A DNA stretch of 64,000 nt from Anaerohalosphaeraceae bacterium (lineage in GTDB: Bacteria > Planctomycetota > Phycisphaerae > Sedimentisphaerales > Anaerohalosphaeraceae). The translations under genes and the position numbers were made by a program. The notes under the pieces were generated by a model. The model had not been told where the DNA came from. It made no database searches and worked only from the letters and a program-made list of their open reading frames with translations. Below are positions 30,135 through 39,728 of the stretch, in pieces (position 1 is the stretch's first letter; each line of letters opens with the position of its first letter). Location: the NCBI GenBank assembly GCA_963675525.2, contig CAXXSL010000011.1, positions 609,635 through 673,634 of the forward strand, given 5' to 3'.

Positions 30135-31694
30135 TTAGCATTTAAATGAAAACGCTCCGGTCGGACAGACCCGCACGCACTCCGTTGAAGCGTTTCGCAG
30201 TCCTTCGACAAGTGTCTTCTCTAATGGAACAACAATCTGCATATTAAATCCTCTGCCTTCAAATGACAACCCTAATGCTTCGCCGGCGATTTTGGCGGCC
30301 TGAATACACAAGCCGCATTTGATACATTTACCCGGCTCAAAAACAACTTGTTCATGTGCTGTAATTTGGCTGAACAACTTCCTCTGCCCCGGCCAGACGT
30401 TCCGGCGGGCTTCCTGATCGGTCGCCAAATCCCGAAGTTTACAGCCATCCGCTTTGCGACAATCACAATGAAGACACCGCTTCGCTTCCGCCTGCGCCTC
30501 AGTTGCGGTCAACCCTTCAATAACGCTTTGAGGGTAGATACGCTCGCTATCCGATGCTTGTTTGAGGAAAAGTTCCATTTCCTCCGGCTTAAGTCGGCCC
30601 ATTTGATGATTGTATTCTTTTTTTTCCTGTACCTTTTGTCCTAAAATGCAGGATCTTATCGAATCAGCGGCTTCTTTTCCATCTGCAACAGCCCGTATAC
30701 AGATATTTCTTGAACCAATACAGACCCCACCGGCGAAAACACCCTCGCGAGATGTCGAATATAATGGACGGTCTACCTGTATTTTGTTGTCTTTCGCAAC
30801 AATCTCAGGAAAGTCTTTGTTATTTTCATTGAATGTACCCAATGCGATGAAAATCGCATCATTTTGTTTTTCCAACTCATCGATAGAAACGTCCCGGCCG
30901 AGACGAATATTGCCTTGAAATTTCACTTTCAGCCTGAAAATCTGATTTATTTCATTCTCCAGCACCTCCAGCGGCAGTATGGCTCGATCGATCTCCGAAT
31001 AACGTAACGCCCCGCCCGGCTTTTCGTGGTCATCGTAAACGGTACAGTCGATGCCTGCCTGCTGTAAATAATACGCCGCTGAAAGACCACACGGACCGGC
31101 ACCAATAATTGCGACTTTCTTGCCGATTGACGGCTGACACACAGGTCGATACGATTTCTCGGATCGCAGGTCGATGTCCGCGACAAAACGCTTCAAAAGA
31201 CAGATCGACACAGCACTGTCTGCTTGATTTCTCCGGCATACTTTTTCACAGGGTGCCGGGCAGACCCGGCCGAGAATCGCCGGAAACGGAATGTCTTTTT
31301 TGACCGTCGCGATGGCGTCTTCAAACTGTCCGGAGACGATCTGGCGGATCATCACAGGAATATTCATATTCGCCGGACAACCCCGCATACAGGGACCGAC
31401 ACAGTCGCCAATATGCTCGCTCAGCAACAGTTCGATCGCCGTTTGACGCGCAGCCTGGATTTCCTCGCTGTGCGTGATGACGGCCATATTGTCCGCCACC
31501 CGGGTGCCGCAGGCGGGAACCAGATGTTTAACCCCGGCAACTCGAACCACACAGACCATACAACTGACAGACGGCTTAAACCCTTCAGAAAAACACAGGG
31601 TCGGGATCTCTATGCCCAGCTTCCGGGCCGCCTGCAGAATGGTACTGCCTTCAGAAACTTCAACCGTCTGATTGTCAATTGTCAATGTTATCAT
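30135..31694 (-). CDS. Fe-S flavoprotein: NuoG/HydA-like [2Fe-2S] domain + GltD-like Fe-S/FAD domain + 2x[4Fe-4S]
   Basis: IPTLC..SCMVCVV..PAC; CVGPCMRGCP; LGRVCPAPCEKVC; IIGAGPCG; CLHCDC; CIKCGLC..CVRVCP. Confidence 0.9.
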   Translation of the reverse strand: MITLTIDNQTVEVSEGSTILQAARKLGIEIPTLCFSEGFKPSVSCMVCVVRVAGVKHLVPACGTRVADNMAVITHSEEIQAARQTAIELLLSEHIGDCVGPCMRGCPANMNIPVMIRQIVSGQFEDAIATVKKDIPFPAILGRVCPAPCEKVCRRNQADSAVSICLLKRFVADIDLRSEKSYRPVCQPSIGKKVAIIGAGPCGLSAAYYLQQAGIDCTVYDDHEKPGGALRYSEIDRAILPLEVLENEINQIFRLKVKFQGNIRLGRDVSIDELEKQNDAIFIALGTFNENNKDFPEIVAKDNKIQVDRPLYSTSREGVFAGGVCIGSRNICIRAVADGKEAADSIRSCILGQKVQEKKEYNHQMGRLKPEEMELFLKQASDSERIYPQSVIEGLTATEAQAEAKRCLHCDCRKADGCKLRDLATDQEARRNVWPGQRKLFSQITAHEQVVFEPGKCIKCGLCIQAAKIAGEALGLSFEGRGFNMQIVVPLEKTLVEGLRNASTECVRVCPTGAFSFKC

Positions 31695-31698
31695 CGTA

Positions 31699-34044
31699 TT
31701 ATTTCACCTCTACCGCACCGGCCGGACAAACTGTTTTGCAGGTTCCGCAGCGAATGCAGGTCTGTTGGTCAATGATGTGTTTTTCGTAAGGTTTCATGGC
31801 AATGGCATCCGCGGGACAATGCTGGGCGCAAATCGTACAGCCAATACACTCATCGGTAATCGAATAATGAATCAGGCTTCTGCACCTGCCCGCCGGACAA
31901 GTGCCATCGATATGGGCCTGATATTCTTCACGAAAATGCTCGATCGTTGAAAGAACGGGGTTGGGTGCGGTTTTCCCCAGACCGCAGATACTGTTATTCT
32001 GGATTTGCGTTCCGATCTGCTGCAATTTTTCAATATCGCCCGCACACCCCTGACCTTCGCACAGCCGTTCAAGAATTTCAAGCATCCGTTTGGTACCCAC
32101 ACGGCAAAAAGTGCAGCGTCCGCAGGATTGCTGTTGCGTGAACTCAAGAAAATAACGCGCGATGTCCACCATGCAGTCGGTTTCGTCCAACACGACCATA
32201 CCGCCGGATCCCATGATCGCCCCGGCCGTATGCAATGATTCATAATCGATTTTCGTATCAGCCATGGACGCGGGCACACAACCGCCGGAAGGACCGCCGA
32301 TCTGGACGGCTTTCAATTGTTTATCGTTTTCGATGCCCCCGCCGATCTCTTCGACGATCTGGCGAATCGTCATTCCCATCGGCACTTCGACCAATCCGCC
32401 GCGGCAAATCTTGCCGGCCAGTGCAAACACTTTCGTTCCTTTGCTGCCGGCCGTTCCATGACCGGCAAAATTATCCGCGCCCATCCGCAGAACCCACGGC
32501 ACTGATACAAACGTCTCAACATTGTTCACCAACGTCGGCGCACCGTTGAGGCCATGCTGGGTCGGATACGGCGGTCGCAATCGCGGTGCGGGCCGTTTGC
32601 CCTCGATACTCTTGATCAGCGAGGTTTCCTCACCGCAGACAAATGCACCGGCGCCTGTATAGACATGCAGATCCAAAGAAAAGTCCATGCCCAAAATATG
32701 CTCGCCTAATAAACCGAGCCGTCGGCAATTTTTGATCGCTTGCCTGATGCGTGCCAACGCCAACGGATATTCAGCCCGGATATAGAGATACCCTTCGGTC
32801 GCTCCCACCGTCCAGGCGGCAATCGCCATCCCCTCCAGAATACGATACGGATAGGATTCCATCAGCATCCGATCCATAAACGCACCGGGATCGCCTTCGT
32901 CCCCATTACAGATAATATATTTTTGCGGCGCCTGTACTTTATGTACAGCGAACCATTTCAAATGAGTCGGATACCCTCCCCCGCCCCGGCCGCGCAGGCC
33001 GGAATTTTCAAGTTCCTCCAGAATCGATTCGGGGGTGCGATCCATCAGGCATTGCCTCAACGTTTCAAAGCCGCCCTTTTTCTGATATTCGGCGATATCC
33101 AGCGGATCGATCTCGGCAGCATGTTCGGTCGCAATGTGTACCTGTTTGTTTAAATAAGCATCAATCGAATGGTCTCGAACACTGAGTGAATAACGAATGG
33201 GCCCTTCTCCGATACGATCATCCAGCAATGTATGCATGAACTGATCGATGCCGGATTTGATACGCGCCCCCGCCGAAGCGGACTGGAAATGTCTTCGCAG
33301 GATCGAGGCGGCATCGGTCGGTGCGGTGTTGCCGTAACGGAATATTTTCCCATCGGCCATGACCACCTCAACCAGCGGCGCTAAAAAGCTCATGCCGTGG
33401 CAGCTGGTGTTTTTGATCTTCACCGGAAGATGCATTTGCGCCGCCGCCTTTTCAAGAGCATCATAAACCTTATCGCTGCCAACAGCCCGGCAACTGGAAT
33501 CCAGACAGATGCGGGCCTGTCCCTGTAAGACTTTTTCGGGTTTTCGAATGCCGGAAACCGTTGCCGCCTGTTTCTGCTGTTCCAGGAAATCCTGCAGAAC
33601 CTGCGGAATCGTCTCATGGGTCAGATACCCGTAAATGACATCATCGATCTGCACAGCCGGAGCCAGCATACAGCAGCCCAGGCAAGCGACTTTTTCAACA
33701 GTAAACAATCGTTGCGCATCCGTATCCTCACCCTCTGAAATATGCAGATGCCGTTTGAACGCTTCAAAGATTTGCCCGGCCCCCTTGACATGACAGGCAG
33801 TGCCGATACAGACCCGGATCAAATGCCGGCCGGCCGGCTTCAGGCGAAACTGATCGTAAAAGGTTGCGATGGACCATAACTGAGAAGGCTCGCAATCCGT
33901 TAACTCGCAAAGGCTTTCTATCGCTTCCGTCGGCAGATAGCCATAGTGCGCCTGAACCGCCTGCAATAACGGCAGCGCATGACAAGCATCACGCCCAATG
34001 CGCTCGACAATCTGCTCAATGGTGTCCAGATCCACTGTATCCAA
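31699..34044 (-). CDS. NuoE-NuoF (HydC-HydB/BfuCB-like) fusion flavoprotein
   Basis: CIGTAC..CLGCC (NuoE); GLRGRGGGG, GDEGDPGAFMDR, GAFVCGEET, SCGRCTFCRVG; C-terminal 2x[4Fe-4S]. Confidence 0.93.
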   Translation of the reverse strand: MDTVDLDTIEQIVERIGRDACHALPLLQAVQAHYGYLPTEAIESLCELTDCEPSQLWSIATFYDQFRLKPAGRHLIRVCIGTACHVKGAGQIFEAFKRHLHISEGEDTDAQRLFTVEKVACLGCCMLAPAVQIDDVIYGYLTHETIPQVLQDFLEQQKQAATVSGIRKPEKVLQGQARICLDSSCRAVGSDKVYDALEKAAAQMHLPVKIKNTSCHGMSFLAPLVEVVMADGKIFRYGNTAPTDAASILRRHFQSASAGARIKSGIDQFMHTLLDDRIGEGPIRYSLSVRDHSIDAYLNKQVHIATEHAAEIDPLDIAEYQKKGGFETLRQCLMDRTPESILEELENSGLRGRGGGGYPTHLKWFAVHKVQAPQKYIICNGDEGDPGAFMDRMLMESYPYRILEGMAIAAWTVGATEGYLYIRAEYPLALARIRQAIKNCRRLGLLGEHILGMDFSLDLHVYTGAGAFVCGEETSLIKSIEGKRPAPRLRPPYPTQHGLNGAPTLVNNVETFVSVPWVLRMGADNFAGHGTAGSKGTKVFALAGKICRGGLVEVPMGMTIRQIVEEIGGGIENDKQLKAVQIGGPSGGCVPASMADTKIDYESLHTAGAIMGSGGMVVLDETDCMVDIARYFLEFTQQQSCGRCTFCRVGTKRMLEILERLCEGQGCAGDIEKLQQIGTQIQNNSICGLGKTAPNPVLSTIEHFREEYQAHIDGTCPAGRCRSLIHYSITDECIGCTICAQHCPADAIAMKPYEKHIIDQQTCIRCGTCKTVCPAGAVEVK

Positions 34045-35763
34045 TTAGTCAATCCCTATCGCGTAAAGGTTTTTCTCGCCGCGAATATAAATCCGTCCGT
34101 CCTGAAACGCCGGACTGGCAAAACACTTTTCATCCAATTCATTCCGCCTGATTTCCTTGTATTCCGCCCCCCCATCGAGCAATAACATCGTCCCTTTTTC
34201 ACTCAGTAAATAAAGCAACTGCCCAACCAGGGTCGGCGACGCCTGAAAGGTCATCTTCAATGAGTGTGTGTAAACCTTACTGCCGTCAGTAATATTGAAA
34301 CAACTCAAATTTCCCGGCGTCGTCAATGTCCAGATAAACTGTCCATTGCTGAGAGGACTGCAAATATCCGGCATCTCCTCGTTGGTTTCCCAGAGAATGC
34401 GTGTCTGCATCTCGCCGGCGGGCAGAGATTCATCGGCACTGACCGCAACGAGCTTATTATACGGCTCAACGGTAAAGATTTTTTTGTCACTGACTATCGG
34501 TGTTGAGGCAATATCCCCGGACACACAGTCAACCCGGTAAAGTTCCCTGCCGGTTTTCGCGTCATAGACAATCGTAAACGGCGACGCATTGGTAACAACC
34601 CGATACGCGCCGTCAATATTCACCACTGTCGGAGACGGCCATGAATTGGGAACGGGACGTTTGGTTTGCCATACTATGTCGCCGGTCTGCCAGTCCAAAG
34701 CGATCAGCTTGCTGTCTTCGCCTTCATAGCCGACATCCCATTGAATAATAACTACATTTTCAAACCACGTCAGCGAAGATGCATAACCATACATGCTTTC
34801 CGGAATGCCCAAGTGCTTTTCCCAGAGCGGTTGGCCCTCTACTGTAAAACAGCCGAGGTCACCGCCGGCAAACATCGCACACACCCGCACCCCGTCCGTC
34901 ACCGCGGTATTAGCCGCATAGCCGGTATCCTCCATGATGTCCATATCGTCGCGCGCCGGATTGGCCGGAATTGAGACATGGCCCTGCCAAAGCAGTTTTC
35001 CGCTTTCAGCGTCATAACAATAGACCTGCTGTTTGTCTTCGGTCGCACCGGTTAAGAAAACCCGATTATCCCAGACAATCGGAGAATTATGACCCGGCAG
35101 AGGAACCGGCGATTTCCAAAGAATGTTTTGACCGGTATTGCCATCCCATGCATCCGGTATATCGTTGAAATTCACAACACCCAACCCGCCGGGACCGCGA
35201 AATGTTGACCATTGCGATTTGGCTTGGTCCATCGAGGCATAACGCAAAACGGCTCCCTCTTCGACTTTCTGCTCATCGGCAAACATCGGCGGCCGCATCG
35301 CCCAGAACAATCCCACACCGCACAAACAAATCAACCCGATCGAAAAGGCCAGACGTGTGGCACTGGCATGACGGATCTGCCGGGTCTTTATGTCCCCCTG
35401 CGGTTCCAGTTTGAGCTGAGACGTGCGTCGGTTTCCGGCATAAATCACCGAGCCGGCCAATATCGCCGCTGTCACCGCCAAAAGAATGGTCCCGCTTTTT
35501 AGAAAATATAGCCGGGCGAACTGGTCCCGCCGCAATTCGGTATCCAACTGCCGTATCGTTTCGGTCAGAGCCTCATCTGTGGGATACGCTTTCGACTGTT
35601 CCTTCATTTTTTCCAGTTCCGCAGATCGAGCCGGATCGCCGACTTTCATGTGATAGACATTGAAAGCGATCAGAACCCCAATGAAGACGCTGAATACCAC
35701 TGTGACAATAGCTACGCCGATCGCTGATTGATAACCTATACTGTTAAGCTTTTCATTTTCCAT
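34045..35763 (-). CDS. Membrane-anchored PQQ-like beta-propeller protein
   Basis: Three N-terminal TM segments, then WSTFRGPGG, GHNSPIVW, FASPAF propeller motifs. Confidence 0.88.
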   Translation of the reverse strand: MENEKLNSIGYQSAIGVAIVTVVFSVFIGVLIAFNVYHMKVGDPARSAELEKMKEQSKAYPTDEALTETIRQLDTELRRDQFARLYFLKSGTILLAVTAAILAGSVIYAGNRRTSQLKLEPQGDIKTRQIRHASATRLAFSIGLICLCGVGLFWAMRPPMFADEQKVEEGAVLRYASMDQAKSQWSTFRGPGGLGVVNFNDIPDAWDGNTGQNILWKSPVPLPGHNSPIVWDNRVFLTGATEDKQQVYCYDAESGKLLWQGHVSIPANPARDDMDIMEDTGYAANTAVTDGVRVCAMFAGGDLGCFTVEGQPLWEKHLGIPESMYGYASSLTWFENVVIIQWDVGYEGEDSKLIALDWQTGDIVWQTKRPVPNSWPSPTVVNIDGAYRVVTNASPFTIVYDAKTGRELYRVDCVSGDIASTPIVSDKKIFTVEPYNKLVAVSADESLPAGEMQTRILWETNEEMPDICSPLSNGQFIWTLTTPGNLSCFNITDGSKVYTHSLKMTFQASPTLVGQLLYLLSEKGTMLLLDGGAEYKEIRRNELDEKCFASPAFQDGRIYIRGEKNLYAIGID

Positions 35764-36547
35764 TTTGCTCATCATAAAACCGCTTTATCTTTTTCTTTAA
35801 GTTTTCAATCGCCTCACTTGGATTTTCATCCTCATAAGCCTTTAGACTCTTCATTGCATCGGAAAATGTATTATTCAAACATTCAAAAGCCCATTCTTTG
35901 ATACAATCATATTTTGTTAACAAATCCACTATTTTCAGGGCATCTTCGACTCGACATGGCTTCAAAGCAACTTCAACTTTGTTCTCGATAACCACTATCT
36001 CTAAAGCTATATCGCCTTTAATGAACTGAACCTTACCTTCTTTTCTTTCTTCATACAAAAACGATAAAACCAAATTATCTTTAGCACCAGAAAATGATGG
36101 TAAAATATCGAAGGAGAAGAAATCATCCTCAGGGCCATACTCATGATAATGCCACATTCCAAGAGGTTTTATATGTACATTTTTCTTTTCCGCAACAGCA
36201 AGGCACCAATCGCCAACAGCCACTCCAGTCCCTCCACCACTCATATAAGGGATCATAACCGCTTGAGATGAACCTTCGTCTCGAGGAAATATATATGGTT
36301 GATAATAACCATATTTGTTCACTCCAATTTCATATGGTAAGCCTTTAAGAGATTTGTCGGGTGAATCGATAACACCCTCCCAGTTTCCATATGATCCCAA
36401 AGAAAGGGTGATAATGTCTTTATCTTCATCAATAAAGACAACTTCTTCTTCAGTAATAAACTCTCCTTTAGATTCCGCAATAAGATATTGAAAAACACTT
36501 AATACAAGCAATGATACAAGCCAAAGAGTATATTTATTCTTCACCAT
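35753..36547 (-). CDS. AT-rich hypothetical exported protein inside the redox cluster
   Basis: 264 aa ORF with signal-peptide-like N-terminus; base composition unlike its neighbours. Confidence 0.7.
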   Translation of the reverse strand: MVKNKYTLWLVSLLVLSVFQYLIAESKGEFITEEEVVFIDEDKDIITLSLGSYGNWEGVIDSPDKSLKGLPYEIGVNKYGYYQPYIFPRDEGSSQAVMIPYMSGGGTGVAVGDWCLAVAEKKNVHIKPLGMWHYHEYGPEDDFFSFDILPSFSGAKDNLVLSFLYEERKEGKVQFIKGDIALEIVVIENKVEVALKPCRVEDALKIVDLLTKYDCIKEWAFECLNNTFSDAMKSLKAYEDENPSEAIENLKKKIKRFYDEQNGK

Positions 36548-36551
36548 ATCA

Positions 36552-37862
36552 CTAATCCCCTAAATCCACCTTGACTTCTCGATTATTTTTTAACCAAACC
36601 CGATGCCGGGGACAGGCATTATAGCAGCGTCCGCAGGCAACACAACCGGTTCGCTGCGCCTGGTATTCATCGCGCTTCCAGAAAATGCTGTACTGGATCA
36701 GGCTCATTCCGGCAACGAGGCCCATCCAACCGCCGACAATGGAACTGCCGAGAGCAAACTGTTTTTGCTTTGCCGCGGCTTTCTCGTTAAGCTGCTCCAA
36801 TGACTGACCGCTGCCATAAAATGCCTTACTGACGTCTTGCACGACCTTGTCGGTCACTCCCGCTTGATCGAGCCTGAGGCATTCGGCCAGATTAACATCC
36901 GGGTGAACAAGTGCCATCCGATGATGTAGTTTAAATCCCAGCAGCGTCCCGACAGCAACAAAAACGGGCAGACACAGAATCAACAACAGCAACCGCCGCT
37001 TACCTTTGGTGTGTTCATTTTGCGGCCATTGCACGGTGGGTTTGTCGATCGCTTCGAACGGACAGGAATCCTCACACAATCGGCAATGGATGCATTCATC
37101 CGGCGTCACCGTCACACGCCAGCGAGAGACCCGCCCGATCTGGCGAAGGATCAACCCGTACGGACACAAAAAACGGCAATACGGCCTGCCGACGAACACC
37201 GCGATCACCAGCATCGAAAGACTCATTACCCACATGGTCGGGTTAGCGTCAAAACGAAAAAACGCAATAAACGGATCGTATCGGCAGATAATGAAGGCAC
37301 TGGCCGTTGCGGCAAACAGCACCGCCAACGACAGATACAGCCATGCCAATAAACGCAACGTCGCTTCCAGCCAATGGGGAACACGCACCGGCTTTAACAG
37401 AACAACATCCTGAATTGCACCTAGAGGACAGACCCCGGCACAAAATGTTCTGCCGAAAAACAAGGTGAACAACAGCGGCAGGAAGAAAAACGCCACCACA
37501 AACCATGGAATAGCGTACTCGACATTAAAGATACCCAACGCAATATTTCCGATCGCCCCGATGGAACAAACGCACCCCTTCCGCCAAAAACCAAAATACA
37601 GCAGACAAAACACCATCAATCCAAAGACCCCTTTTCGACTGCGCTTTTTGAGAACCAGCCAGGACATCAGCGATAACGCCCCAACCAATACCGCCACATC
37701 GACCACTTCCTGCCACTCGGCATCCGGTGCGGGAGTCGTCATTTCCTTCATTGTATATTCGGTCTCGAACTCCGGCGGCGGAAAACGTTCAATGGAAACG
37801 GCCGAATCGGCACAGAGGACCCAAAGAATCAGGATACTAATGGCTCGTAGTATGCGGGTCAT
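36552..37862 (-). CDS. NapH/NosR/RdxA-like membrane polyferredoxin
   Basis: Multiple TM helices; FCAGVCPLG and YCRFLCPYG (CxxxCP); CIHCRLCEDSCP; CVACGRCYNACP. Confidence 0.9.
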   Translation of the reverse strand: MTRILRAISILILWVLCADSAVSIERFPPPEFETEYTMKEMTTPAPDAEWQEVVDVAVLVGALSLMSWLVLKKRSRKGVFGLMVFCLLYFGFWRKGCVCSIGAIGNIALGIFNVEYAIPWFVVAFFFLPLLFTLFFGRTFCAGVCPLGAIQDVVLLKPVRVPHWLEATLRLLAWLYLSLAVLFAATASAFIICRYDPFIAFFRFDANPTMWVMSLSMLVIAVFVGRPYCRFLCPYGLILRQIGRVSRWRVTVTPDECIHCRLCEDSCPFEAIDKPTVQWPQNEHTKGKRRLLLLILCLPVFVAVGTLLGFKLHHRMALVHPDVNLAECLRLDQAGVTDKVVQDVSKAFYGSGQSLEQLNEKAAAKQKQFALGSSIVGGWMGLVAGMSLIQYSIFWKRDEYQAQRTGCVACGRCYNACPRHRVWLKNNREVKVDLGD

Positions 37863-38422
37863 TATTGATCCTTCAATAGATAAGGGTTATCGGCATCGAC
37901 ACGCTTAAAGGCTTGTGATGGACAAGCCGCCGCAATAGCGCATTCATTACAATTCACACAGCGGTCATGACGAACCTGCAAAAACAGCGAACCGTTCCCG
38001 AATGCCCCGCACCCTTTGACACATTTACCGCAGCCAATGCACAGCGGTTCATCAATGGTATATTCGAAATACGGATCTTCGACGAAGGTCCGCTTGATCG
38101 CACCGGTCGGGCACAATTGATTTTCCGCCTCGGTCGTCAGTCCTTTTGGTTCGGGAACAAAATAACCCGTACACAGATCGCAATAGCCGCACATGCTGTA
38201 AGCATGAACACATTTGACCGCAGACTCATTCAGCACACATTGCGTTGCGCAGTTCCCGCACGCAATACATTTATGGGGGTCGATCTGCCAGACGGTTTGG
38301 TGTTTCCGCCCTTTGGCGCAAATCGCTGCCGCCGCCGCTCCCAGTGTCGCCAGAACACCCGTAAAGAGGCCTTCACGCAAAAATTTTCGCCGTGACTGAT
38401 TGTCAGGAGTTTCGTTTTTCAT
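37862..38422 (-). CDS. Multi-[4Fe-4S] ferredoxin with twin-arginine N-terminus (NapG/MauM-like)
   Basis: SRRKFL plus hydrophobic stretch; CIACGNC, CGYCDLC, CIGCGKC, CVNCNEC. Confidence 0.88.
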   Translation of the reverse strand: MKNETPDNQSRRKFLREGLFTGVLATLGAAAAAICAKGRKHQTVWQIDPHKCIACGNCATQCVLNESAVKCVHAYSMCGYCDLCTGYFVPEPKGLTTEAENQLCPTGAIKRTFVEDPYFEYTIDEPLCIGCGKCVKGCGAFGNGSLFLQVRHDRCVNCNECAIAAACPSQAFKRVDADNPYLLKDQ

Positions 38423-38654
38423 TGCGCCTGTTCAAAAATTGTTTGATGGATAACGCCCGCGGCAGCTTACATCCGCCCAGCGAAAGACAACGGCGGCAGC
38501 CTGTATCTCCCTGCGGGTCAAGACAAGGCGATTCTTCGATGCCCGGTTTTCTCTGAAGCAAATGTGCCGACAGGCCGGTCATTGCCCCCAATAACCCCCA
38601 TCGAAGAAAGCCTCTCAGCCATTGACGCCGGGATGTCCGTTTGTCGTTTTTCAT
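38403..38654 (-). CDS. Small twin-arginine protein with four C-terminal Cys
   Basis: SRRQWL, hydrophobic helix, CLDPQGDTGCRRCLSLGGC; overlaps both neighbours. Confidence 0.7.
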   Translation of the reverse strand: MKNDKRTSRRQWLRGFLRWGLLGAMTGLSAHLLQRKPGIEESPCLDPQGDTGCRRCLSLGGCKLPRALSIKQFLNRRNEKRNS

Positions 38655-39691
38655 TTTTTCTCAAATACTCTCACGTTATTTCGTATCATATCCAATACAT
38701 AAATACGGGCGTCTGAATCGACCGCCACATCAAACCCCTTCAAACTGCACTCTTCGGGTGTTTCGCAGACACGCAGCGGATCGACCCAACCCAACTGATC
38801 CGGCCCGGCGACAACGCCGGTGAAATTTCCGTCCGCGTCATAAACCTTCACACGCACCAAACCCTTTTCGGCCGTCACAAAACTGCCGTCAGGCAATATC
38901 GCTAAACTCACCGGGTTACAGCAACCGCTGAAGCCTTCGATACTGATCGCGGTTTTTCCCCAGACCCATTCGCGGTCACCTTCAACCGTATAGGCCTCGA
39001 TCAAATGCCGCCCCGGATTCACCACACGCAACAGGCCATCGGCAGCCATGGCAATATCAAAATAAGGGCTCGGAACAATGATCCCCGGAATGTTCCGCTT
39101 GGGATCTTTTCCACCGATCTTGCCAATAACATGTCCGTCACGATTAAACCGCCATACAATCTTATTCACCGCATCGGCAACATAGACATTGGCCTTATCC
39201 ATAGCAATGGAAGTCAGTATCGCATTGGCCGCAGGCACTGTCCATCGACCCGTCTCAACGCCCAGTGTATCCATGAAAATAATATCATTACCGGCACAGA
39301 CAACGATCGTCCCGTCCGTCTGAACCTCAATACACGTCGGTTCTGCGCCAAGTTCAATCTCCATCAAAAATGTCATGCCGGGCGAATAGATCGCTGCTTT
39401 TTCATCTCCGGCAAGGTAGATCTTTCCCTCGGCCCCAACTGCGATCGAATGTGACTTCTTAATATCCAGCGAGATCGGCTCGCCAACCTGCCGGTAGAGA
39501 ATCAAAGCCGGATCAATGTGGGCATACTTTTCAATGTCATACGCATATTCCGGCCCCAGTCCCGAAGACGCAGGCGAAGCATCGAGAAGCCAGAAAGCCG
39601 CTACGCCAGCCGCAATCGCAATGATCAACACCAGTCCAATCAGAAAGCCCGACTGAATTTTGCCTGTTTTCTCTGCCATCATAAACCTCAA
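38651..39691 (-). CDS. Membrane-anchored NHL-repeat beta-propeller
   Basis: TM anchor; VYVADA, PSPYFD, GFSGCCNP, FVTAEKG, DVAVDS repeats. Confidence 0.8.
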   Translation of the reverse strand: MRFMMAEKTGKIQSGFLIGLVLIIAIAAGVAAFWLLDASPASSGLGPEYAYDIEKYAHIDPALILYRQVGEPISLDIKKSHSIAVGAEGKIYLAGDEKAAIYSPGMTFLMEIELGAEPTCIEVQTDGTIVVCAGNDIIFMDTLGVETGRWTVPAANAILTSIAMDKANVYVADAVNKIVWRFNRDGHVIGKIGGKDPKRNIPGIIVPSPYFDIAMAADGLLRVVNPGRHLIEAYTVEGDREWVWGKTAISIEGFSGCCNPVSLAILPDGSFVTAEKGLVRVKVYDADGNFTGVVAGPDQLGWVDPLRVCETPEECSLKGFDVAVDSDARIYVLDMIRNNVRVFEKK

Positions 39692-39728
39692 TTATAATTT
39701 AAACGCTTCTCAAAAACAAACTATTGCC

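Noticed and set aside
30135..34044. Respiratory complex I or [FeFe]-hydrogenase
   Set aside because: There are no NuoA-D/H-N genes and no H-cluster motifs.
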